A DNA stretch of 64,000 bases from positions 44,578,001-44,642,000 of the forward strand of contig OX597820.1 of assembly GCA_951406725.2 (NCBI GenBank). The letters are read 5' to 3'. Below the pieces are notes generated by a model. The model was not told the origin of the DNA, did not search any database, and saw only the letters and a program-made list of their open reading frames with translations. This DNA comes from Octopus vulgaris. Its lineage: Eukaryota. How positions within the stretch are numbered: position 1 is the first letter of the stretch; every line of letters starts with the position of its first letter. Made by a program: the position numbers and the translations under genes. Below are positions 39,650 to 52,580 of this stretch, in pieces.

Positions 39650-40501
39650 ATGTATTCGGACCTTAGCGAGTATGACCTATCCTCAGCAGAAGAGGAGCTT
39701 GTTATGGCGGTAAACAGAATGGACGAGCATTTGAAAAGAATAAAGAGTTTTGTTGAGGTGGCAGAGGTAAAGGAAAAGGAAGTAGACCTAACCGGACTGA
39801 AGGAGCTGTGTAAGATGACACAGAAGGTGGGCAGTGATGTAAAGTTATTACCCCCGAAAAGGGTTATGGTAAATGTGGAAAAGAAGACTAGTAACTACAA
39901 GGTGCACTCAGTAGAGAATAGGAAGGTGGAACGGATGGAGATGGAAAAAGTAGAAAAAGCTCTGAAGGGGCTTTTGAAGGAAGTAAGATATATAGCAAAA
40001 GGAAATGGATATGGGACAGTGGTTGTCCAGTTTAGAACAGAAGAGGAGGCAAAGAGGCTGGCGAGTACGACTGTAAAAACTGAGGAACTAGTACTTCTAC
40101 CCACCTCCCTTGGAAGAAAGACTTTTAAGGTGAGGGTGGAAGGAATTCCACCTAACATAGACGTGGCTTGGGTTGCGGCAGCCGTCGTCATTGGAAGTGA
40201 GGAGGAGGTGGCTGTCCTCCAAGCCACAGAGACGGAGGAAGGAGGCCATAAAGGAAAAATACTAGAAATGATCATGCAAGCAGAGGCGAAGGACCTGGAA
40301 AATTTGTCGGAAACGGTGACGTTGGGAGAAATAGTATTGAGAGTATGGGTAGAGAGCAGAATTCCGCAATGCTTTAAATGTGGCCAAAAAGGCCACATTA
40401 GAGCACACTGCCCTCTACAGAAGAAAACAATAGAGGAATCAACAGATGAACCAGTTGTGGAGATGGAGGAGAAAAAAGAGGAAGAAAAGAAAGAACACTG
40501 A
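39650..40501 (+). mobile_element. LINE (Tx1/L1-like) ORF1, gag-like protein with CCHC zinc knuckle, 283 aa
   Basis: Intronless purine-rich ORF with RRM-like VVQF.TEEEAK segment and CFKCGQKGHIRAHC knuckle; no ORF2 follows. Confidence 0.75.
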
Positions 40502-40644
40502 GTGTGATGTGGTACCCCAGTCCAACTCCATCCCACCCAAGACCACTCAGACCCACCCACCCACTCCCTTTCCCCATAAGAAAAAGAGAAAAAGAAAAAA
40601 GTGCAGACACCACAGAATTTAGAAGACCCCTCCCCCGGTGAAAA

Positions 40645-40862
40645 AGGTTACGAAAGAATGTTGGCATTGAGCGATAGCAAGAGTGGAATGCCAACTAAGC
40701 ATTATCAAGTTTTCGAAAAATTCCAGCCTTATTTGAAATTCAGGGCATGTGATCTACCTATGTGCCAAAAATCATTAAAATCGGTTGGACGGTGTGGGAG
40801 GAGTTAGAGTAACCCCAAACACACACACAGACAGACACCATTACACATTTATGTTTATAGAT
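40645..40862 (-). mobile_element. Partial non-autonomous Helitron 5' end
   Basis: aaaatcggttgg...gagttag...cacacacagacagac...tatagat resembles the 5' ends of the other copies; no 3' end seen. Confidence 0.45.
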
Positions 40863-42234
40863 ATATATATGTTTGTGCATCTTTGTGTCTGAGTTTGACA
40901 ATCGATGCTGATGTGTTTACTGCCTCAAAATTAAGCAGTACAGCAAAAAAGACTGATAGAATTAGTACCAGGCTTTAAAAGAAGATGTAAGTACTAAGGT
41001 CAATACATTCAACTAAAAATTCTTCAGGCCGGTACCCTAGTATGGCCACAGTCTAATGACTGAAACAAGTAAAAGATGAAAGATATCCCGCCCCAATTGG
41101 CTTCCGTGCCGGTGGCACGTAAAAAGCACCATCCGATCGTGGCTGTTGCCAGCCTCGCCTGACCTCCGTGCCGGTGGCACGTAAAAAGCACCCACTACAC
41201 TCATGGAGTGGTTGGTGTTAGGAAGGACATCCAGCCGTAGAAACATTGCCAGATCAGACTGGGCCTGGTGCAGCCTTCTGGCTTCCCAAACCCCAGTTGC
41301 ACCGTCCAACCCATGCCAGCATGGAAAGCGGACGCTAAACGATGATGATGATCTTAAAATGGATGAAAGGTCCTTTTCAAGCCATAGGTTCACATAATGC
41401 CAGTTTCCTGGATTCTGTGATGGATATGTTCCCCCTATGGACAAGACACCAGTCTGTCACAGGATTATCTATATTTGACAGATGAGTGGACTGGAGCAAC
41501 ATGAAGTGAAGTGTTTTGCTCAAGGACACAACACATGACCAGGTCCAGGAATCAAAACCACAATCTTTCATTTACAAGGGCAGCACCGTAACTACTAAGA
41601 CACTCACCTTCATACATATGCATGTGTGTGTGTGTGTGTGCATGTGCATGTGTGTGCATATGCATGTGTATGCGTGTGTGTGCGCATGCGTGTTGTGTAT
41701 GTATATGTGTATTCAAGCCTAAAAGTAATTACACAACATACCAGCTTTTATTTTCATACGTCTTTCTGTGACAATGTAAATACTTTACCCTCTGACCCAC
41801 AGGACAAGATCCTGTTGATTATGTTTTTATCTGCTTATTTGCATGTCTACATATATGTATATGTATATCTGTAAGCATTATGTGTGTATCTATGTGCTTA
41901 GTAGTTTGTATGCGTGAGGTGTTAGTGTAGAAATGTAGTTTTTATTTTAGCATGTGATATGGAAGTTTTAAATCAATGCCACGCCTCCTTCCCTCTCTTT
42001 CACACACACACATGCACGCGCATATACATTTCTTTAGTCTGATGTAATTACAAACTTAATTTAAACTACATCCTAATTTATTCAATATTTTAATTCTTTT
42101 ATCTTTTATTTATTTCCTCATTCTAGTTTACTTGCTTTCAGTTCAATTCGTTTTTATATTTCAACCTAAGGTTTGGTGCTATGAATTTACATATACATAT
42201 GACATCTACAAACATGTGCAGGTACATTAAACAC

Positions 42235-43175
42235 AAAGAATGCCCCCAAAATATAGCCCCCCCCACCTCAAATGTTAGAGGAGATCCTTAAAAGAAGTAA
42301 ACAGTTTCTGTTACTTAGGTACCCGAGTTAGTAGTGGCAGAGGTTGTTCTGAAAACATAGCTACTAGAATAAGAATAGGCTGGGTAAAGTTCAGAAAGCT
42401 ACTATCTTCGTTAGTAAGGAAGAGCCTCTCCCTCAGAGTGAAAGGCATATTGTATGATGTCTATGCATGATCAGCTATGCTAAATGGCTGTGAGACATGA
42501 GTCGTGACTGCTGAGGATATGCAAAGGCTCAAAAGAAATGAAGCCAGTATGCTCCACTGGATGAGTAATGTCAGTGTGCTTATATGACTGTGTAAGTGAT
42601 TTGAGAGAAAAACCAGGTATACAATGCATCAGATGTAGTGTACAAGGGAGAAAACTACATTTCTACAATCACGTAATGCTTTTGAATGGTGACAGCTTCA
42701 TCAAGTGGTGCTGATCTCTAACTGTGGAGACAACTTGTAAAAGGGGTAGACCCAGGAAGATGTGGGACAAAATGGTGAGAAAGGATCTTCAGACATTGAT
42801 CCTTACAGAGGAGATGACAGGGAACCAAGACTCCCAATGGTTTGCTGTGCTTGAGAAGACATGTCAAGCTAAGTAAAATTGAGATTGTCCTTGCATACAG
42901 GTATGTCCCCTGCATCCGTTTCCAAGCTGAGTGTTCCCAATCTTGTGGGTTTGTGGGTGCTGATGCCACATAAACACACCTATGCCAGTGTTGCATAAGC
43001 ATACCCAGTATGCTCTGCAAAGTGGTTGGTATTAGGAAGGGCATCCAGCCATAGAAACCATGCCAAAACAGACATGGAACTTGGGCAGCTCTTCAGCTGG
43101 TTAGCGCCTGTCAAACTGTTCAACCCATGCCAGCATGGAAAATGGATGTTAAGTGGTGATGATAATGATGATGAT
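42235..43175 (+). mobile_element. RTE LINE 3' part, degenerate
   Basis: FCYLG, RIRIGWVKFR and RGRPRKMWD remnants; (GAT)n tail. Confidence 0.8.
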
Positions 43176-44399
43176 AACAATATATATATCATCATCATCA
43201 TCATCATCGTTTAACGTCTGTTTTCCATGCTAGCATGGCTTGGACAGTTCAACTGGGGTCTGGGAAGCCAGAAGGCTGTGCCAGGCCCAGTCTGATCTGG
43301 CAGTGTTTCTACAGCTGGATGCCCTTCCTAACGCCAACCACTCCGTGAGTGTAGTGGGTGCTTTTTACGTGCCACCTGCACAGGTGCCAGACGAGGCTGG
43401 CAAATGGCCATGATCGGATGGTGCTTCTTACGTGCCACCGGCACGGAGGCCAGTCGGGGCAGTGCTGGCAACGGCCACATTCAGATGGTTCTCTTACGTA
43501 ACGGCCATGTTCGGATGGTTCTCTTACGTGCCACCGGCACTGGTATCACAGCTACAATTTCCATTGATGTTGATCGATTTTGATTTTGATTTTCACTTGC
43601 CTCAACAGGTCTTCATATATATATATATATAGGGAAAATAGAAGTTGAAAATGCACGGAGAATAGTTAATATGTTTTTTTATTATTATAGCTAAAGATTT
43701 AAATGGTTTCATGATTTACACTGATTTTCAAAAATTTGAAATAGAAAGATGTGGCTTATGTTGCAACTGTTTTGCTTCTGACTAGTGTTTGAAGCATGCC
43801 CTATTTTTATAGGGAGTTCATGGCTCAAATTAGTATATGCTTTGAATAAGATTTGATTGGTAGAGGATAGTCACATGACTGGTCTTAGAAATGTTTGTAA
43901 GTTCCCTGCTACATATGTGTGTTAGTATTAAGTGACAGAGTTTAGCATCGTACCAATTAAACCCTTGGTAATTGCAAAAGGTTTATTTCCAAACCCTTTT
44001 CCTATACCTGAATCTGTAAACAAATTATAAAAGAAATTTCAGGTTATGGAAGCAAAACCTAGAATCAAAGGGCCTCAAATTTCAATTAGCAAAGACTAAA
44101 GTTTTAAGTACTTCTTTATTAAGTGATGTTGTTCAATATGTAAACAAAAACGTGGTAGGTATAAATTCCATAGTGTACCCAGTGCATACTGTAGACACAA
44201 GAGGTGCAGTAGTATCACAGGCAGGTAACAAAGAAATTATATTTTGTATGTGGCAGATGTGTAGGAACAATAATGATTATAATCATTAAGAGTACATGAG
44301 AAAAAGATTTTCTCAAATCTGTATCCCAGGAGGATAGCAAGAGGTATTAGACAGCTTCTATTATCTAGATAACCTAATTATCTCTAAAAGAAGGTGATC

Positions 44400-44720
44400 T
44401 AAAAGAGAGATCAGATGAAAGTTCTTTGCTTGGTTTGAGAAGAGCAATAATCTTGGTTTCCTTCCAAATGCTTGGGATGTTTTTTTTATTTTGTCTGCAT
44501 GGACTTGTTCATCAGTTTAAGGATTCACTTCTACATCAGAGGTCCAAAGTGCTAGATTTCTTCTATGAAAATGTTATTCAGTCTGATGGGTTCACAGGTC
44601 TTAAGGTTGTCTTAAGCTCTTCTAGAGAAAGTGGTTAAGTCAGTCCAGCGGTTTGGGAATGTTTTACTCAATATACTTTTAGCTTAAAGGTGCTTCCGGT
44701 ATCTGTTGAGCTTCTGGACA
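44400..44720 (-). mobile_element. Degenerate LINE reverse-transcriptase fragment
   Basis: IPSIWKETKIIALLKPSK on the minus strand. Confidence 0.6.
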
Positions 44721-45568
44721 GCATTATCTTTCAACTCAGCTTCAAAGTGTTCAGTAGAATTCAAGTATTACATGCCAAGGATCATGCCATGAATGCTTCT
44801 ACTTTAGTCTCCAACTCACACCTATTTATCTCTAACCAACATCCCTATCATTATACATCTTTCACTTTCTCCACACACTCTTATAACCTAAACATCCACC
44901 ATCATCTCCCTTTCTCTCGTTCTTCTCCTATCTACTGTATCATTATTATTCTGCTACTTTTTACCCATACTGTACAGCCAATCATCACTTCCTCTCCCCA
45001 ACCTTCCCTACAACTCATATTTACCATTGTCAAACCCCCACCCTAGTTCACCATTCCCTCACTCTACCATTACTTCCATCTCAAACCTTCTCTCACTCTC
45101 TCCAGGTGCTCTTTCAGCCCCTAAAATCTTCTCTCCCCACTCTTTCTTTTATTCACATTCCAGTACCTAGAGGACACACTCTGATATTGTTGTACCACCA
45201 TTTTTTCATGATTCACCCCAGTTACTCCCCAACAGTTTTCTGTGGAGCAAGATTGCCATATACTCCTTTATAACAAGAATTTGTTCCTGTCCATTCTTCC
45301 ATATTTAACCTCTAAACAGCAAGCATAAAGCCACCTCTCTCTCTCTATTATACTCACACTTAGTTGAGAGGGATCTTTAATCATGTGTGTTACATGGTTA
45401 GTTTACTAGAACTACAGCCATGGTAGTGGTGATGGTGGTGGCGGCAGCGACAGCAGCAGCAGTGGTGGTGGTGAGAAGAGGAGGAGGACATAAAAAATAG
45501 AATGTATGATTTATTCTATCTCCCCCTATATATCTGTCTCTCGCTGTGTATGTATGTATGCATGTATG

Positions 45569-45790
45569 TACAAAGAGGTACCAAAAAGTTCCTGACTTTA
45601 AGAGCATTGCAAAAGACCTGGCTGGAGACCCAATCTTCCATACTCTTTTACAGGGCTTAGAAAAACTAAAGGACTATTGCAATAAGTGTGTGGATCTGAG
45701 AGGGGAATCTGTTGAATAAAATCATTATTAACTGATCCTCCTGTATTTTCTTTTACCCAAAGCCAGGAACTTTTCAGCACCCCCTTGTAT
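45569..45790 (+). mobile_element. Mariner deletion derivative (MITE)
   Basis: TA-flanked TIRs (...aaaagttcctg.cttt); interior encodes the C-terminal remnant EKLKDYCNKCVDLRGESVE. Confidence 0.65.
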
Positions 45791-46027
45791 GTACATTTTA
45801 TTTAAACTATGGAGTTGTACTTGTTTGGCAAGTGGTTTGACCTAAGATGATAATCATCATCTTAACATGTTTTCCTAAGTTTGCATAGGCTGAATGGGTC
45901 TTTTCCAGCTCACCATTGTGTCACTTTCTACAAATCTTTGTTATCTCCTTTGTGAAATTTAATCTCCAAGGGTCAGCATTCATCACTTCTTCCCATGTCT
46001 TCCACAGGCTCTTTCCACTTAGATTAC

Positions 46028-46880
46028 AATAATAATAATAATGAAATTATTGTATACAGTGCTCAGGTGCACCACAACTTGTCAGAAAGTGCGTATAGAG
46101 TATATGTGGAGGCGCAATGGCCCAGTAGTTAGGGCAGCGGACTCGCGGTCGTAGGATCGCGGTTTCGATTCCCAGACCGGGCTTTGTGAGTGTTTATTGA
46201 GCGAAAACACCTAAAGCTCCATGAGGCTCCCGCAGGGATGGTGGTGATCCCTGCTGTACTCTTTCACCACAACTTTCTCTCACTCTTACTTCCTGTCTCT
46301 GTTGTACCTGTATTTCAAAGGGCCGGCCTTGTCACTCTCTGTGTCACGCTGAATATCCCCGAGAACTACGTTAAGGGTACACGTGTCTGTGGAATGCTCA
46401 GCCACTTACACGTTAATTTCACGAGCAGGCTGTTCCGTTGATCGGATCAACTGGAACCCTCGTCGTCGTAACCGACGGAGTGCTTCCATCCATAGAGTAT
46501 ATGCAGTAATGTACAAATGTCTGGAAAGCGAACAATGTATGAGTCAGATACATGCTTGTGTGTGTATGGAGGGTAGAAAATCAGGTGTAGTGAATCTCTG
46601 AAAGCATGGAAGTTTTGAAGGATGCAGTGCTCCGACAACTAACAACTGATGCCAGCAGTTTGTTCCATGCTTCAGCAACTCTCAGCATGAAAAAATGTTT
46701 CCTAAAGTCATGGGAGCTGTGCTGTTTTCTGACTTTGTAAATATGTCCACGGGTGTTAGACGGGTGGAGTTTGAAAAGGTGCTCAGAGTTATTGTTTGTA
46801 AGATGGTTGATAATTTTATGGGTGTCTGCCAAATCAGCTGCTAGACATCAGAGTTTCAATGTGTCCATGCCCAGGATACA
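46028..46880 (-). mobile_element. CR1/L2 LINE 3' fragment interrupted by a SINE
   Basis: TRGHIYKV...RKHFFMLRVAEAWNKL motif and (ATT)n tail. Confidence 0.78.
46107..46491 (+). mobile_element. Full-length tRNA-derived SINE with TSD
   Basis: A box TGGCCCAGTAG, B box GTTTCGATTCC; TSD ATAGAGTATATG at 46095-46106 and 46492-46503. Related heads at 36119 (+) and 61824-61900 (-). Confidence 0.85.
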
Positions 46881-47255
46881 AGTTCGGAGAATCATCATCA
46901 TCATTATCTAACGTCTATTTTTTATGCTGACATGGGTTGGACGGTTTGACAGGAGCTGGCTAGGCTAGGAGTCACACCAGATTCCATAATCTGTTTTGGC
47001 TTGGTTTCTGTTGCTGGATGCCCTTCCTAAGGGAGCTTTCATGAGCAGCTGGTAGATTATATTTATTATATTTCATGTGTGAACTTACAGATAAACTATC
47101 CCTGTGCATCTACTACATACAAAGTCTTTCTCTTCAATCAGTCATTCTGATACCACTGCATCTCATCTCTTGTGTACTCATTGGATGCATCATACAAAAT
47201 TTATGCTACTTTCTACATGGAATAGAGCAACAGCAGTAATTGTATTCACCTCAAT

Positions 47256-47437
47256 AGACGTCATTGATTGGTTGAAATTGCCGAAATACAAAAAATAGCT
47301 TACAAACTACATAATTTTCTCAAGAACGCCAAGAGAAAAAGATATTTTATGTGACACATTCTACCAGTATACAAAATTTTAAAGAGTTTAGTTACAAAGA
47401 AATTATTTTTAAAATCTGTCAAAGTGAAAATAGCCGT
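47256..47437 (-). mobile_element. Fragment of the same Merlin-like MITE family
   Basis: Degenerate reverse complement of 2690-2880. Confidence 0.65.
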
Positions 47438-47809
47438 TGCAAGTATTCGCACCAGATTCTACATTTAAGGATATCAAAATATTTTTTCCCTTGTCCTATC
47501 AACCTTGCAGGGCATAAAGAAAAGAACAAGGGCCTCTGTGCTTAGTAAGAAAACCCTTGTTCTTTAAATGTGAACAGCATATTTTCATGTCGATTATTTC
47601 TTTTAACATTTCAGATCGTTTAAAAAAAATTCAAGTGGTATCTGGGTGTTGATTCAGATTGGGCCTATAAACAAGGTAGCCTATATCGTTCATCGGCAAC
47701 TTAATACTTTCCCATACATTTGTATATCTAATTCGTTATCCTACTTCTTTTTCCTTCTCAAAGTAACTTATAAAAACAAATTACTAAAGTTTCTAAGATG
47801 TCTGAACTG

Positions 47810-47910
47810 TTCTGATTGGCTAAATGCTGATCACGTGCTACAGTAAGGCGGCCAACTCAAAGAGTGTTCATTGATCGTCCATTGCTTGTTGACACTTTTT
47901 TCCCGGACTT
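47810..47910 (+). promoter_or_regulatory. Putative ORC1 proximal promoter
   Basis: Inverted CCAAT (ATTGG, 47815), E-box TCACGTG (47831), and E2F-like GGCGGCCAA (47847) and TTTCCCGG (~47899), 70-170 bp upstream of the ATG. Confidence 0.35.
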
Positions 47911-47978
47911 TTTTTTGTGTTATTGTTCTCCTCTATTTTCACACAATTTTTGGGGAAAAAAGTATTTTCTAATCAAAC

Positions 47979-48085
47979 ATGCCAACTCAATCCAAGTATT
48001 TTGTTCCAGTCAAAAAGGGAGATTTCTCTTGGATTGGAGAAGGAATCCTTGTTGGTGATAGGCGCAGCAAAGAAAAACATTACAA
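47979..48085 (+). CDS. ORC1: ORC1-like gene coding exon 1 (MPTQSKYFVPVKKGDFSWIGEGILVGDRRSKEKHY)
   Basis: ATG at 47979, 107 nt, GTAAAT donor. Phase 2 matches exon 2. SWIG...DR motif resembles the metazoan ORC1 N-terminus (human YSWVGRPLLDR, from memory). Confidence 0.75.
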
Positions 48086-49047
48086 GTAAATATCCTTTAA
48101 CATACACACGTAATGTATTATATATATATAATTATACTTATCGACATGTATATATAAACAATCAAATGCATAAGCATTAGAACCTACTCAGATGTTTTTT
48201 AATCTTACGATACATACATGGATAAACAATGACGTTTATTAAAGTGTTATTAATGGTTGATATACGTGTCCATTAAAAACTTCAACATATAAGGAGTCCA
48301 CTTTTCGTTCGATCGAAATACTTAATTTTTGCTTCACCCGTTCTATAATTAATATTCTTTTTTACTACTATTATTAGTAATCCAAGTGTCTGTGAAATAT
48401 CAACCATTTTAACACTTTAATACAATGAATGAGTATTTATATAGTTCTCTTCATCGAAACCGAAGCGCAAAATTCATCATCGATTGTTACTGAAATGAAG
48501 TTTTCTCGATTTTAGAAAGTTAATAGCAGTACGTTTGAGTGCTTCACATTATAACCATGTTTTGTTTTTATGGAGCAAACCTATGCTCAAACACAGAGTG
48601 GTTACAAAGATCTTTGTTTTCAATTATAGTATGTCTAGGACTAAATTATCCAATGTATCCTCTTTTCAAAATAATATTGTTGGATGTGAGGGGGATTTGA
48701 CTGAGAGTCGATCGTACAACCGCGTAGATGCTTCTTCATTGATTTTGGTTCATTTGTGTATTATGATTTTCAGGACACATGACAATTAAAACTATTAGTT
48801 ATAAATAACACTCTAATGCTCAAGGAGGCTAATTTACAACATTAGAGAGTTGATTAGTGATATATATATATATATATATTTCACGGCAGGAGGTGCAGAT
48901 GAGGGCAGCTGCATCAAACTCTCTCATGCACCAAATGGCAGTTGCCAGAAAGCATTCGTGAGGTAAAATCATGTAGCAACACCAAATGGCGGTGCCCCAG
49001 CATGGCCACAGCTCAAGAGCTGAAACTGGAAAACATAAACATAAACA

Positions 49048-49124
<77 letters not shown>

Positions 49125-49128
<4 letters not shown>

Positions 49129-49281
49129 GAATAAAAAATGGAGTTAACGCAGGTTTAAAGAGAAGATTGCATTGTTTATACCTTTTATTCTTTTGAATAG
49201 TATCAGTGGAATTTTCGAAACATATGTAGAAAGTAAAAATACTTGTTTAAACCTGCGTTAACTCCATTTTTTATTCATATT
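49125..49281. repeat. ~35-bp inverted repeat between (TA)n tracts
   Basis: ATATGAATAAAAAATGGAGTTAACGCAGGTTTAAA and its reverse complement; loop contains GAAACATATGTA. Confidence 0.8.
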
Positions 49282-49423
49282 ATTCAAAATATTCAACGTA
49301 AACACGAAGTTTCAACCTTTATAAACAAGGAGTTACAACATCTTTACTTGTGAGATTTTTGCTGCCCTGGTAACTATTTATTTATTTTTCCGTGTTAATT
49401 GTTAACAAGGTAAAATACACTCA

Positions 49424-49425
<2 letters not shown>

Positions 49426-49506
<81 letters not shown>

Positions 49507-49529
49507 TAATATATATATATATATATATA

Positions 49530-49574
<45 letters not shown>

Positions 49575-49614
49575 TATATAATATATATATATATAATATA
49601 TATATATATATATA

Positions 49615-49667
<53 letters not shown>

Positions 49668-49669
49668 AT

Positions 49670-49745
<76 letters not shown>

Positions 49746-49810
49746 TATATATATAATATATATATATAATATAATATATATATATAATATATATATATAT
49801 ATAATATAAT
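49426..49810. repeat. (TA)n microsatellite
   Basis: Directly visible. Confidence 0.95.
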
Positions 49811-50672
49811 ATGCTGCTGAACGAGGATAAATTTGAGCTAATCCACTTTGGAAAAGAGGATGCCCTGAAACTCCCATACTCCCTTCCTTCAGGTGAAACT
49901 CTGGCGGCGTCCAACAACATCAGAGACTTGGGAGTAATTGTGGACAACAACGTAAGCTGGGCCACTCATATAAACACCAAAGTTGACATGGCCCGCAGAA
50001 TGTGTTCCTGGAATCTCAGAACTTTCCAGTCGAGAGATATCCACACCATTATCCTCCTCTTCTCCACTTTTGCCCGACCCCACCTTGAATACTGTTGTCC
50101 ACTGTGGTCTCCCCACACAATACAAGGTATCATAAAAGTTGAAGCACCTCAAAGGGCAATCACAAAAAAGATAGATGGCATGACAGGCCTCGACTATTGG
50201 GGTCGACTAGAAAAGCTAAAACTCTATTCTCTCCAACGTCGTCGTGAGCGCTACATCATCTGCATGATGTGGAAAATATTCCATCAGCATTGCCCAAATG
50301 ATGTTGGCATCACCTTTAAGGTACATCCAAGGCTTGGGCCCCGTGCCATCCGCCCAAAACAAAAATCGCACTCTCATCTCATAACAACAATACGGCACAA
50401 TTATTTCACCTCAATTGGCCCCGCTCTCTTTAACATTACACCAAAACACATTAAAACAGAAACTGACCCTATAGGGTTCAAGAAGTCTTTGGACAGATTC
50501 CTTCAAGAAATCCCGGATAAACCCCCTACACCCGGATATGTCTCTGTAAACAATAACTCTCTACTTGAGTGGGCAATAGTGCCCAAATTCTGACTTGAAA
50601 GACTTCACCAGGTGGTGCTATTAAGTTAGACATGGCCTGGCCAATAATGGAAACCTATCAAAGTATCAAAGT
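49811..50672 (+). mobile_element. 5'-truncated CR1/L2-type LINE with an intact 260-aa ORF2 C-terminus, inside a (TA)n array
   Basis: IRDLGVIVD, RPHLEYCCPLWSPH and RLEKLKLYSLQRRRER motifs; (TATCAAAG)n tail. Confidence 0.88.
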
Positions 50673-51813
<1,141 letters not shown>

Positions 51814-51931
51814 GTACTAGTTCAATCAAAATGGACATTTAATATTCTATTATTTCATTATATTATTATAAGATTGTAAGCAAAACTTGAAAATCAGGCA
51901 AGGTTGGAATTTCTTTGAGTAACGTATTCTT

Positions 51932-52580
51932 CATCATCATCATCATCATCATTTAGCGTCCGTTCTCCATGCTAGCATGGGTTGGACGGTTCAACTGGGG
52001 TCTGTGAAGCTGGAAGGCTTCATCAGGCCCAGTCAGATCTGGCAGTGTTTCTACGGCTGGATGCCCTTCCTAACGCCAACCACTCCGTGAGTGTAGTGGG
52101 TGCTTTTTACGTGCCACCTGCACAGGTGCCAGACAGAGCTGGCAAACGGCCACGAACGGATGGTGCTTTTACGTGTCACCGGCACGGGGCCAGGCGAGGC
52201 TGGCAACGGACACAAACGGATGGTGCTTTTACGTGCCACCAACACGGGGGCCAGACAGAGCTGGCAAACGGCCACGAAACAGATGGTGCTTTTACGTGTC
52301 ACCGGCACGGGGGCTAGGCGAGGCTGGCAACGGGCACGAACGGATGGTGCTTTTACATGCCACCAACACGGGGGCCAGACAGGGCTGGCAAACGGCCACG
52401 AACGGATGGTGCTTTTACGTGTCACTGGCACGGGGGCCAGACAGAGCTGGCAAACGGCTACGAATGGATGGTGCTTTTACGTGTCACCGGCACGGGGGCC
52501 AGATAGAGCTGGCAAACGGCCACAAACGGTTGGTGCTTTTACGTGTCACCGGCACGGGGGCCAGGCCAGGCTGGCACACG
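51932..52580 (-). mobile_element. Young RTE-3'UTR-derived element with internal ~61-bp tandem repeats
   Basis: (CAT)n tail on +; about 7 units of ctggcaaacggccacgaacggatggtgcttttacgtgtcaccggcacggggg. Related copies near 7018, 18822, 31963, 38412, 41088, 43189, 55530 and 63128. Confidence 0.8.

Noticed and set aside
39895-40560. 221-aa minus-strand ORF
   Set aside because: Antisense shadow of the purine-rich LINE ORF1.
47615-47705. Candidate upstream ORC1 exon after TTTCAG (KFKWYLG...)
   Set aside because: In-frame stop and no ATG; the exon at 47979 fits both phase and motif.
49402-49965. Tyr/Ile-rich ORFs
   Set aside because: Translations of (TA)n.
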